A stretch of DNA of 64,000 nt from the IMG/VR virus record IMGVR_UViG_3300025736_000015, one strand, 5' to 3'. Source of the stretch: an uncultured virus (IMG/VR IMGVR_UViG_3300025736_000015) (lineage: Duplodnaviria; Heunggongvirae; Uroviricota; Caudoviricetes). Of this stretch, positions 18,762-27,616 are shown piece by piece. The notes beneath the pieces were generated by a model that saw nothing but the letters and a program-made list of their open reading frames with translations, did no database searches and was not told the origin of the DNA. Both the position numbers and the translations under genes were made by a program. Position 1 is the first letter of the stretch. Each line of letters begins with the position of its first letter.

Positions 18762-19772
18762 ATGGCATTAACCCTAACTGGTAAACAATATATTTGTGAA
18801 AATTTTGGTAACGGAAGCTTTTGTTGTGTAAATACTGGGTTGTCTTGGTATTACACAGTTGGTGGAACTAATTATAATGAAACAGGTGGAACAGCTCAGA
18901 TTGTTTCTCGTTTTGCATCGGGTCTTATTGATTCTCTTACCATGACTAGTCCGGCTCGTGGCACTTTCACACAGACACAATTAAATACTGCAAATGGTAG
19001 TTCTGTTACTTTACAGGATGCTTTAGAGATTACTTATCATGATGAGTCAACTGAAGACCAATGGTGTTTTATTCCTTGTGAGTCGCATGCTGACGAAAAT
19101 ACTTGTGTAAATGTTTATGGTTGCTTCTGGTATAATGGTTCTTGCCATACTACTTCACCAAGTTGTGAGCAATTAAATAACGCAACTGACTGCTCTATTT
19201 ATGGTTGTCATTGGTATAATGGTTCTTGTCATTCTTCTTGGACTTGTAATGTTATAACTAATGCTACTGATTGTTCTGCCTATGGTTGTTTCTGGTATAA
19301 TGGTGTTTGTAATTCAACAATGAGTTGTGAAGCCATAAATAACTCTACGGAATGTTTAGCCTATAATTGTTATTGGTATAATAATAGTTGCCATGGTACT
19401 GTTTCTTGTGAGGCTATTTCTACTGAGGTTGAATGTGAAAATCATGGTTGTTATTGGTGGAATGGTGCATGTCATTCAACTGCTCCATCATGTCCAGCAT
19501 TAAATAACCAAAGTGATTGTTTAGGTTATGGTTGTTATTGGTATCATAATGTCTGTCATTCTATAGACCAATCAAATCTTTGTTATTATCTTGATGCTCA
19601 TTGGCCGTTAGTAATAGCTAATGTATTTGAAATAGTAGATGCTTTTCTTTTTTCAACGCCACCATCTGGATATACATTTGTACCGACAATACAGAACGTC
19701 TTTGGTGTAATTGATTATTATCTTGGTTTTGATGGTGATGTAGCAACGGGATGTAGTATTATAGGAGGATAG
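18762..19772 (+). CDS. Head domain A + 6 Cys/Trp repeats + dockerin-like C-terminal module
   Basis: N-domain paralogous to 19776; VFEIVDAFL...YTFVPTIQNVFGVIDYYLGFDGD..TGC. Confidence 0.85.
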   Translation: MALTLTGKQYICENFGNGSFCCVNTGLSWYYTVGGTNYNETGGTAQIVSRFASGLIDSLTMTSPARGTFTQTQLNTANGSSVTLQDALEITYHDESTEDQWCFIPCESHADENTCVNVYGCFWYNGSCHTTSPSCEQLNNATDCSIYGCHWYNGSCHSSWTCNVITNATDCSAYGCFWYNGVCNSTMSCEAINNSTECLAYNCYWYNNSCHGTVSCEAISTEVECENHGCYWWNGACHSTAPSCPALNNQSDCLGYGCYWYHNVCHSIDQSNLCYYLDAHWPLVIANVFEIVDAFLFSTPPSGYTFVPTIQNVFGVIDYYLGFDGDVATGCSIIGG

Positions 19773-19775
19773 AAA

Positions 19776-20564
19776 ATGTCTCTTAGCCAATCTGGAATTG
19801 ATTATATATGCCAGAATTTTGGTTTATCAGATTGTTGTGTATCAAGTGGGTTGAACTGGTATTATACATCATCTGGAACGGATTACCCAGAAAGTGGTGG
19901 AACAGCTCAGATTGTTTCTCGTTTTGCATCGGGTCTTATCGAGTCTCTTACCATAACTAATCCTGTTCGTGGCAGTTTTACACAGTCACAATTAAATACT
20001 GCAAATGGTGGTAGTGTTACATTAATGGATGCACAAGAAATCACATTTCATGATTCACCAGCTGAAGACCAATGGTGTTATAGTGAAACTCTGTGTTCAT
20101 CTTATACAGATGAAGCAACATGTTATGCAAATGGTTGTTACTGGTATGGTGGAAGTTGCCATAGCTATTTCCCAAGTTGTGAAATACTAACCACTCAAAG
20201 TGACTGTGAAAATTATAATTGTTATTGGTGCGATGGAGTATGCCAAGGAACTCCCTGTGGTACACCAGACTGTGGAGATTATACCGACCAATATAATTGT
20301 GAAGCAAATAGTTGTTATTGGTGGAATGATAGTTGTCATTCAACTTCTGAACCAACAGGTTGCGAAAGCTATACAACTGAAGGTGCTTGTATAGGAGCAG
20401 GTTGTCATTGGTATCCATTTCCAAATCCAATAGGCGAATCATCTTGTCATAGTAAGGAATGGTATATGTCTTATCTACCATATATTGCAGTTGGTGCGGG
20501 TGGACTTGTTGTACTTGCGTTATTGTTTAGGCGTTCGGGTTCAGATACTATACTTGTTCAATAA
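19776..20564 (+). CDS. Head domain A + 4 Cys/Trp repeats + C-terminal TM anchor
   Basis: GGTAQIVSRFASGLI shared with 18762; tail CHWYPFPNPIG...YLPYIAVGAGGLVVL shared with 16242. Confidence 0.85.
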   Translation: MSLSQSGIDYICQNFGLSDCCVSSGLNWYYTSSGTDYPESGGTAQIVSRFASGLIESLTITNPVRGSFTQSQLNTANGGSVTLMDAQEITFHDSPAEDQWCYSETLCSSYTDEATCYANGCYWYGGSCHSYFPSCEILTTQSDCENYNCYWCDGVCQGTPCGTPDCGDYTDQYNCEANSCYWWNDSCHSTSEPTGCESYTTEGACIGAGCHWYPFPNPIGESSCHSKEWYMSYLPYIAVGAGGLVVLALLFRRSGSDTILVQ

Positions 20565-20587
20565 TCCAAAATACATTACGGAGTCAT

Positions 20588-22000
20588 TTGATGATAAAAA
20601 AAAAAACATTTAGTACTGTTAAACAGTTAACATCCTTTTCAGCTGGTGTGCATACGCTTGCTGATTGTCCGTGGCCACCATCTGATTCTCAATGCAGTCC
20701 GTGTTTAATTTGGTGGCCAGATGATAAGAATGTTGGTTTTAATATATGGGGTGAATATGGTGGCGATTCTACCAGAGAACGCATGCATGCTCAACCTTTC
20801 TGTGTAACAAATAGTTCATTAAAAAATATGACTTTTAAAGTAGCTAGATTGCGTGAAACAGCGGTTCCAACTAATCATGGTATGGTTGTTTGTATTGCTT
20901 CTGCTGATGCACTTGATTTTGAACCAAAATTTTCTGGAGGTGGCATTACACAAAATTTTTTAGACCAGATGGAATGGTATGGCTATATTGCAACTGTTTC
21001 AGGTGGTGCTCCTACAACACATTATTATGTATGTGCTGATGTAAATTTATCTCTTGATACAAGTAAAACATGGTATCTTTTATTTCTAACAAATGGGTCA
21101 TATGAGGTTTGTGGATGGCAGATGAGTGGAATAGGTGCCAGTGGACTACCAGATGGAGTACAACCACTTTTTGAATATAATTTAAATGAACCAGGTAATC
21201 CAAATGGTTGGGGACTAGTGGATAATTATTTCAGAGGAACAGTAATGCCTTATCAATCAGGTAGTGAGGCATTAGATGAAGGTTTTTGTCAAATAGTTAA
21301 TCCTAATTTTCCGGGAACAGCAACAGCCGGAACAACATATACTGCTAGTTTTGATGTAGACCAACTTACTGCTTTTCCATGTGGTTGTCCTGAAACTATT
21401 GTTTCTGTTATATTAAATAGAGATACAAGTACTCCATTAGGTAGTGAACAAAGTTTTCTTTTAGATTGTGGTTATAACGGTGCAAACGGTTGGCCAGTTC
21501 AAATTAATTTTGATGGAGGTGGAACATTTCATGGTCAATTGCAGGTTGGTCATAAAACTTCTGAAACAGAATGGCAATCTGATGATTTTCATGATTTTGA
21601 TATAGTAGTAACTGCTTTGCCTTGTTCCAGTCATTCAGATGCTACTGCTTGTATAAATGGTGGTTGTTATTGGTGGAATAATAGTTGCCATGATGCACAA
21701 CCTACGGCTTGTAGTCAACTTAATAATCAGACGGATTGTTCAACCTATGGTTGTTACTGGTATGGTGGAACCTGTCATAGCGAACCAGAACCTCAAACAG
21801 ATTTATGTTCCTATATACAAGACAAAGGAGGACCAACAGGGCTTGTTATAGTAGATGTATTTGAAATAGTAGATGCTTTATTGTTCCAAACACCACCAAC
21901 AGGATATACATTTATACCATCTATACAGAATGTCTTTGGTGTAATCGATTATTATCTTGGCTTTGATGGAGATGGTGCAACAGGATGCAATTTTTTCTAA
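20588..22000 (+). CDS. Beta-sandwich heads + 2 Cys/Trp repeats + dockerin-like module
   Basis: AQPF....L....F.V..L head; C-terminal VFEIVDALL...NVFGVIDYYLGFDGD. Confidence 0.85.
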   Translation: MMIKKKTFSTVKQLTSFSAGVHTLADCPWPPSDSQCSPCLIWWPDDKNVGFNIWGEYGGDSTRERMHAQPFCVTNSSLKNMTFKVARLRETAVPTNHGMVVCIASADALDFEPKFSGGGITQNFLDQMEWYGYIATVSGGAPTTHYYVCADVNLSLDTSKTWYLLFLTNGSYEVCGWQMSGIGASGLPDGVQPLFEYNLNEPGNPNGWGLVDNYFRGTVMPYQSGSEALDEGFCQIVNPNFPGTATAGTTYTASFDVDQLTAFPCGCPETIVSVILNRDTSTPLGSEQSFLLDCGYNGANGWPVQINFDGGGTFHGQLQVGHKTSETEWQSDDFHDFDIVVTALPCSSHSDATACINGGCYWWNNSCHDAQPTACSQLNNQTDCSTYGCYWYGGTCHSEPEPQTDLCSYIQDKGGPTGLVIVDVFEIVDALLFQTPPTGYTFIPSIQNVFGVIDYYLGFDGDGATGCNFF

Positions 22001-22033
22001 TTAAAAACAAACCGTTGGGGGCATTTTTATAGA

Positions 22034-23863
22034 ATGCTAGACCAAGAACAAGCTAATTCAGATTACGGGGTTTATATTAATTCAACTAACGCATGGATGC
22101 AGACAGTTACAAATAATAATAACAATCTGATAAGTGTAGAATTTGGTATAGTGCGTAAAGGAATGCCTTCAGATTTATTTGTAGAACTCAGGGACGATAA
22201 CGGGGTAGAAGTTTTTGTAATCCCAGCAAGTGTTTTACCCGATGAAGTTGCTCATTGGGTTAGTATTAATCCATCTAGTGGTACTTTTACAAATAAAAAT
22301 ATTGAAATATCTTTGGTGACAAATGAACCATACAGTACAACAACATATTGGGGGTGGATGATACAATCACAAAATCCATATGATAAAGGTACATTATATC
22401 AGTTTGAAAATGGTGTTAAAACAGAATATATAGAAGATGGTGCTCCACATGATGCTACTTTCAGAACATATACTGAAGGACCAGCTTGTTCCACTTATTC
22501 AGATAGTGGGGCATGTATAACTGCTGGTTGTTATTGGTGGAATAATACTTGTCATGATGGTCCACCAACTGAATGTTCACAATTAAATAATCAAACAGAG
22601 TGTGAATCAGCTAATTGTTATTGGTGTGATGGCACCTGTCAAAATACACCATGCACAGTTAATTGTTCAGATTACACATCTCAAACAGCTTGTCAAAATG
22701 CTGGTTGTTATTGGTGTGGTAGTGCCTGTCAAAGTACACCATGCGGGGCTTGTTCCACTTATACAAATGAATCAGCCTGTGAATCAGCTGGTTGTCGTTG
22801 GTGGAATAATAGTTGTCATGATTCAAAGCCTGTATATTGTAGTGAGTTGAATAATTCTTCTGATTGTACTCGATGGGGTTGTTATTGGTATAATGATGCA
22901 TGTCATGGTTCTCCACAGCCTACCGAGGATGTATTGGATACGGCCATTAGTTGTGGTTGGGTGAATGGTTGCAGAGACTATGGGCCATTAAAGACTCATT
23001 TTAATATGTCAGATATGGTTTATGTTTTTTTCCATTTAAATGGTCCTGATTTTTATGGTAAAACACTTCATGCTGACTGGTATTGGAATGGAAAATATAT
23101 TTGTGATAGTGCAGGACATACATATACTGAACATTATACTAATGTTTGTTATTATACATGGATTGATGGTTTTGGAGAAGATTTCGGTCCAGGTAGTGGA
23201 TATTTAAAATTATTTGTTGATGGTGTTCACTTGGGTAATTGTAATGTTTGGTATGTTGATTTACCTTCGTGTGATTACTGGGATAATTCTTCTGACTGTG
23301 AACAATATGGTTGCTGGTGGTGGAACAATACTTGCCAGACCAATCAACCAACAGCATGTGACCAGATTACAGTTGTATCAGATTGTAACCGATGGGGTTG
23401 TTATTGGTATGAAGGAGCATGTCATGGTGATTGTCCATGGTGGTGGAATGATGGTTGTCATTCTAATCCTCCACAGTATTGTTCAGATTTGAATAATCAA
23501 ACTGATTGCGAAGGATTTGGTTGTTATTGGTATAATAATACTTGTAATTCTGAACCATTTGTTGAACCAGATATTTGTGATTGGGTTATAGAAAAAGGAG
23601 GAATAGCTGGCTTGGATGTTAGTGAAGTATTTGAAATAATAGACTCGTATGTGCAGTTAACTCCACCTGCCGGATATACATTTATACCAACTATCCAACA
23701 AATTTTTGGAGTAATAGATTATTATCTTGGAATTGATGGTGATTTAAAAACAGGTTGTAAATTTTATTCAGCATGTTCAGAAATGCCAACTGAACAAGAA
23801 TGCTTAAAATATGGATGTTATTGGGTTGATGGTGCATGCCAAACAGGATTACCATCTCCTTGA
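22034..23863 (+). CDS. Two beta-sandwich domains + ~10 Cys/Trp repeats + dockerin-like module
   Basis: LDQEQ...DATFRTY head; repeats; VFEIIDSY...QIFGVIDYYLGIDGD. Confidence 0.85.
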   Translation: MLDQEQANSDYGVYINSTNAWMQTVTNNNNNLISVEFGIVRKGMPSDLFVELRDDNGVEVFVIPASVLPDEVAHWVSINPSSGTFTNKNIEISLVTNEPYSTTTYWGWMIQSQNPYDKGTLYQFENGVKTEYIEDGAPHDATFRTYTEGPACSTYSDSGACITAGCYWWNNTCHDGPPTECSQLNNQTECESANCYWCDGTCQNTPCTVNCSDYTSQTACQNAGCYWCGSACQSTPCGACSTYTNESACESAGCRWWNNSCHDSKPVYCSELNNSSDCTRWGCYWYNDACHGSPQPTEDVLDTAISCGWVNGCRDYGPLKTHFNMSDMVYVFFHLNGPDFYGKTLHADWYWNGKYICDSAGHTYTEHYTNVCYYTWIDGFGEDFGPGSGYLKLFVDGVHLGNCNVWYVDLPSCDYWDNSSDCEQYGCWWWNNTCQTNQPTACDQITVVSDCNRWGCYWYEGACHGDCPWWWNDGCHSNPPQYCSDLNNQTDCEGFGCYWYNNTCNSEPFVEPDICDWVIEKGGIAGLDVSEVFEIIDSYVQLTPPAGYTFIPTIQQIFGVIDYYLGIDGDLKTGCKFYSACSEMPTEQECLKYGCYWVDGACQTGLPSP

Positions 23864-23901
23864 ACTTTTATCATTACGAATAAACTAGGAAGATATATAT
23901 T

Positions 23902-25320
23902 ATGGCCGATGAAAATGAAATGTTGTTTATAAGAGGAAAAAACTGTAGTTATTGTATACACGGCTATAATGGCATAGGACATATGGTAGATTATGCTGTT
24001 GATAAAGGGTTATGGAATATAACTGATGCTGGAGCAGAAAATGCTAATAAAACTTTTGTATATGATGCAATTGACCAATATAATCCTTTTAGTGTTTTTG
24101 GTTTTGGTCATGGCAATTCTTGTATATTTACAGGTGATACACCTGAAAGTATTTTTACCTGTGATGAATGTAGTAATTTAGCAGGACGGGTTGTTTATCT
24201 TATTTCATGTTTAACAGGAAAACAATTGTGTTCTGAAATTTTAGACCAAGGTGGTAAAGCAGCAGTTGGTTATAATGTTACTTGGACATATGTAGCTCTT
24301 TGGAAAGATGTAATGAATCCAGTTGAATTCAAATATGATGACCCATATGATGACCTTTATGCAAAAGGATTTTGGGAAAGTGCTAACGAGTTTACAAAGT
24401 CATTATTGGATGGTAAAACAATTCCCGAAGCGGTTCAAGCGTGTATTGATAAATATGATGAATGGATTGATTTCTGGTTTGACCATTCGAGTTATCCGTT
24501 ATCAGCATCATGTATACAATATCTTGCGTATGACCGTGATGGTCTTGTTGCATTTATTTCATGCGGTGCGATAACTGATGAAGCCGAGTGTTTAGCTAAT
24601 GGTTGTCATTGGCACAATAATACCTGTTTTTCTTGTGAAGAAATTACTTCAGTAATTGAATGTAATAATTATGGATGTTACTGGTATGATGGTAGTTGTC
24701 ATGGTTTAGGAAATATATGCAATTGGATTGAGGATAATCCATCTATTACCATTGACAAAGTATTTGAAATAATAGATAGTTATACGTCTCAAACATCCCC
24801 AGATGAAACAAAATATGATTTTGTTCCTACACTTGAACAAGTATTTGGTGTCATTAATTACTATCTTGGATATGATGGTTCGGATAAAACAGGATGTATT
24901 AGTTGTGAACACTATACTTCTGCTGAAGATTGTAGTGATGCTGGTTGTTATTGGTATGGTGGAGTTTGTCATAGTGAACTTGTATGTGAGGATATTCTTG
25001 ATGAAAATTTATGTGGAGATAATGGATGTTTTTGGTATAATAATAGTTGCCATGGTACTCCTCAATCAACATGTGAACAATTAACTAACCAAACTGATTG
25101 TTATGCTCAGGGTTGCTATTGGTATAATGGTAGTTGTCACGATTTTATAATCTGTTCAGAGATAAATAATGATGGAGAGTGTAGTTGGCTTGGATGTTAC
25201 TGGCATGGTTCTGACTGCCGTGATACTTTGAATTGTGAAGATGTTGAAACTGAGGGTTTATGCAATGAATTCGGTTGTTACTGGTATAATAATAGTTGCC
25301 ATGCAGACCCACAATACTAA
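23902..25320 (+). CDS. Caspase/gingipain-fold peptidase (paralog of 15318) + 7 Cys/Trp repeats + internal dockerin-like module
   Basis: VFGFGHG ... VVYLISCLTG; VFEIIDSY...QVFGVINYYLGYDG. Confidence 0.8.
   Translation: MADENEMLFIRGKNCSYCIHGYNGIGHMVDYAVDKGLWNITDAGAENANKTFVYDAIDQYNPFSVFGFGHGNSCIFTGDTPESIFTCDECSNLAGRVVYLISCLTGKQLCSEILDQGGKAAVGYNVTWTYVALWKDVMNPVEFKYDDPYDDLYAKGFWESANEFTKSLLDGKTIPEAVQACIDKYDEWIDFWFDHSSYPLSASCIQYLAYDRDGLVAFISCGAITDEAECLANGCHWHNNTCFSCEEITSVIECNNYGCYWYDGSCHGLGNICNWIEDNPSITIDKVFEIIDSYTSQTSPDETKYDFVPTLEQVFGVINYYLGYDGSDKTGCISCEHYTSAEDCSDAGCYWYGGVCHSELVCEDILDENLCGDNGCFWYNNSCHGTPQSTCEQLTNQTDCYAQGCYWYNGSCHDFIICSEINNDGECSWLGCYWHGSDCRDTLNCEDVETEGLCNEFGCYWYNNSCHADPQY
25162..25305 (+). 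repeat. 144-bp near-identical duplication, copy 1
   Basis: 141/144 identical to 25697-25840. Confidence 0.9.
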
Positions 25321-25357
25321 CGTTTAAATAAAACCTGAAACATTTTATATTGGTAGT

Positions 25358-26278
25358 GTGAAAAAAAAGATGCAACAAAACAACCAATTTGGATTATTTA
25401 TGCTTGATGGTACGCTTTGCGATTGGATTAATGATAAAGGGGGAAAAGATACATTAACCATTATTAATGTTTTTGAAATATTTGATGCATATATTTATCA
25501 AAATCCACCAACTGATTATAGTTTTGTACCAACTTTGACTAACACAGTTGGCGTTATTGATTATTATCTAGGTTTTGATGGTGATGACAAAACAGGATGT
25601 TATGATTGCGAAACATATACTAATTATTCCGAATGTAATGCTGCTGGTTGCCATTGGTATAATAATAGCTGTCATCCTTCTTTGATTTGTAGTGATATAA
25701 ATAATGATGGGGATTGTAGTTGGCTTGGATGTTACTGGCATGGTTCTGACTGCCGTGATACTTTGAATTGTGAAGATGTTGAAACTGAGGGCTTATGCAA
25801 TGAATTCGGTTGTTACTGGTATAATAATAGTTGCCATGCAAATACACCAACATGTGAAGGCCTTAATAACGAGTTAGACTGTACAGGATATGGTTGTTAC
25901 TGGTTCAATGGAGCATGTTATTCTGAACCACCTTGTGAAAACTTTAATTATAAGATAGATTGCCAAAACGCTGGTTGTTATTGGTGGAGGGATAGCACTT
26001 GTCATAGCGAACTTGAACCAGACCCATGCAATCAATACACAGATTGGGAGGATTGCCTAGCAAACGGGTGTGAATGGTATAATGGTGCTTGTCGTTCATG
26101 GGCACCAATTTGTATTAATCATACAAACCAAACCACCTGCGAAGCAAACGGATGCTATTGGTATAACTACGTTTGCAATTCTGAACCGTGGGAATGCAGT
26201 AGTCAGCCTACTCAATATACATGTACACAAGCGGGTTGTTATTGGTATGATGATAGTTGCCATAGTGAACCACAATAA
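25358..26278 (+). CDS. Headless member: N-terminal dockerin-like module + 8 Cys/Trp repeats
   Basis: LCDWINDKGG...VFEIFDAY...GVIDYYLGFDGD then repeats; start codon uncertain. Confidence 0.8.
   Translation: MKKKMQQNNQFGLFMLDGTLCDWINDKGGKDTLTIINVFEIFDAYIYQNPPTDYSFVPTLTNTVGVIDYYLGFDGDDKTGCYDCETYTNYSECNAAGCHWYNNSCHPSLICSDINNDGDCSWLGCYWHGSDCRDTLNCEDVETEGLCNEFGCYWYNNSCHANTPTCEGLNNELDCTGYGCYWFNGACYSEPPCENFNYKIDCQNAGCYWWRDSTCHSELEPDPCNQYTDWEDCLANGCEWYNGACRSWAPICINHTNQTTCEANGCYWYNYVCNSEPWECSSQPTQYTCTQAGCYWYDDSCHSEPQ
25697..25840 (+). repeat. 144-bp near-identical duplication, copy 2
   Basis: 141/144 identical to 25162-25305. Confidence 0.9.
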
Positions 26279-26331
26279 ATACTAGAATTGCATTAGTAAA
26301 ACTTTAAATAACAAATAAATGATTTTTATAT

Positions 26332-26344
26332 TGACATTATGACA
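26332..26344 (+). promoter_or_regulatory. TGWCA-N3-TGWCA box overlapping the start codon
   Basis: TGACA-TTA-TGACA, ATG at 26339. Confidence 0.7.
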
Positions 26345-26614
26345 AAGAAGATAGATGTTAAACCAGTAAAAACAGAAACAGAGACGGAACTGGAACTTGA
26401 GCAAGAAACCATTCAGAATGATGAATTATCACAATTAACAGATAAACGAAAAATCATTGATGCAATGAGGGAAATTAGTGATTTAATTTATTATTTTAAT
26501 TGCTTATGTGTGATTTCTCCAGAAGCTTTTGAAAATAACGCCAAAGTTTATATTGATGAAATTATGGTTATATTAAACAAATACGGTTTTATTGTTTTTG
26601 ATACTAAGCAGTGA
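26339..26614 (+). CDS. Hypothetical protein (probably leaderless)
   Basis: 91-aa ORF downstream of TTTAAATA. Confidence 0.6.
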   Translation: MTKKIDVKPVKTETETELELEQETIQNDELSQLTDKRKIIDAMREISDLIYYFNCLCVISPEAFENNAKVYIDEIMVILNKYGFIVFDTKQ

Positions 26615-26790
26615 CAATGGTCGGGCAACCAACTATATATAAGTTTTTCACCATATTTATATACTAACATTACCTTTTTTGATAACGTTAAAATAAGGTG
26701 AAGTGAGCTTTAATTGTATAAACCAATAAAGAAAAGTTAATTGATTTTTGTTCACTCAACATGAAAAAAAAACATGAGGTGAAAAAATAT

Positions 26791-27132
26791 ATGGCAAAAT
26801 TTGGTTATCAAAAACCAACTAAAACGGCATTGTTAACTAGTGCAGGTGCCGTGGTCGGAGCAATAACGCCACCATTAATAAGGAAGTTTTTTCCAGGAAC
26901 ACTTTTAGCTGGAACAATACCAGCACCATGGTGTAACAATGATGTAATCATACCAATGGTTGCAGGTGGTGTAGCATTAGGAGCAGGTCTATTTGTAAAG
27001 AGTAATGCAACTCAATCTATATTAGTCGGGTTTGGGTTAGTATCTCTAGTGACAGGAGCATTAAGAGGAGCATTGCCAGAATATGGTTTCCCAGTAGCAA
27101 GAGCTGGTGGGGTAAGATTAATAAAAAGGTAA
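26791..27132 (+). CDS. Gly-rich multi-TM membrane protein (family M, copy 1); putative virion membrane protein
   Basis: GAGGTGA SD before ATG 26791; three hydrophobic segments; KSN motif. Confidence 0.75.
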   Translation: MAKFGYQKPTKTALLTSAGAVVGAITPPLIRKFFPGTLLAGTIPAPWCNNDVIIPMVAGGVALGAGLFVKSNATQSILVGFGLVSLVTGALRGALPEYGFPVARAGGVRLIKR

Positions 27133-27143
27133 GGTGAAAAAAA

Positions 27144-27587
27144 ATGAAAGCAAGAACAAAAGAATATTTAAAATGGACGAAAGATAAAGGAATTTGGATT
27201 GCTGGCGGTGCAATTGTGGGTGGTGTGATTTTACCTCCTATGTATAGAGCAATTGTCCCATCTGCACCATGGATTACAACTGGACCAGCATGTCTACAAG
27301 ACAATACAGTTATTGTAAGTTTTGTAGGTGCAGGTATTTTTGGAGCAATTGCAGCTGGGTTATGGAAAAGCAATAAATTTATTGCAACAACATGTGGTGG
27401 TTTATCTCTAGGTCAATTGATATATGCACTTGGAAAATGTTTTGTACCACAATATTTCCCATATGGTGCATCACAAGCTAGAGCTTCAACAGCTAGATAT
27501 GCTAGTGCAAGGCCAGCAATGGCAAGAACCGCATCTATGGCACCCTTGACAAATACTGGGATTCCACCAGCTAAAGTATTGGCGTAA
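27144..27587 (+). CDS. Gly-rich multi-TM membrane protein (family M, copy 2)
   Basis: GAIVGG..PP..R; GLWKSN; ARA-rich tail. Confidence 0.75.
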   Translation: MKARTKEYLKWTKDKGIWIAGGAIVGGVILPPMYRAIVPSAPWITTGPACLQDNTVIVSFVGAGIFGAIAAGLWKSNKFIATTCGGLSLGQLIYALGKCFVPQYFPYGASQARASTARYASARPAMARTASMAPLTNTGIPPAKVLA

Positions 27588-27616
27588 AAATAAATAACGC
27601 CATTCTCTCTTTTTTT

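Noticed and set aside
15318..26278. Diversity-generating retroelement acting on the repeat genes
   Set aside because: No reverse transcriptase in the window. Mismatches between the near-identical copies are A/G, G/T and T/C rather than adenine-specific, and both copies are coding.
16242..26278. Multiheme cytochromes (many 'CH' motifs)
   Set aside because: Spacing is C-x6-C-H, not CxxCH. His is often replaced (CQ, CN, CY, CR). No signal peptides or cytochrome maturation genes.
16991..26285. Alternative-frame and antisense ORFs over the Cys-repeat genes (e.g. 17074-, 20041-, 22602+, 22659-, 24803+)
   Set aside because: Shadow ORFs produced by the repetitive TGT/TGG/AAT codon pattern. They have no SD and are fully overlapped by better genes.
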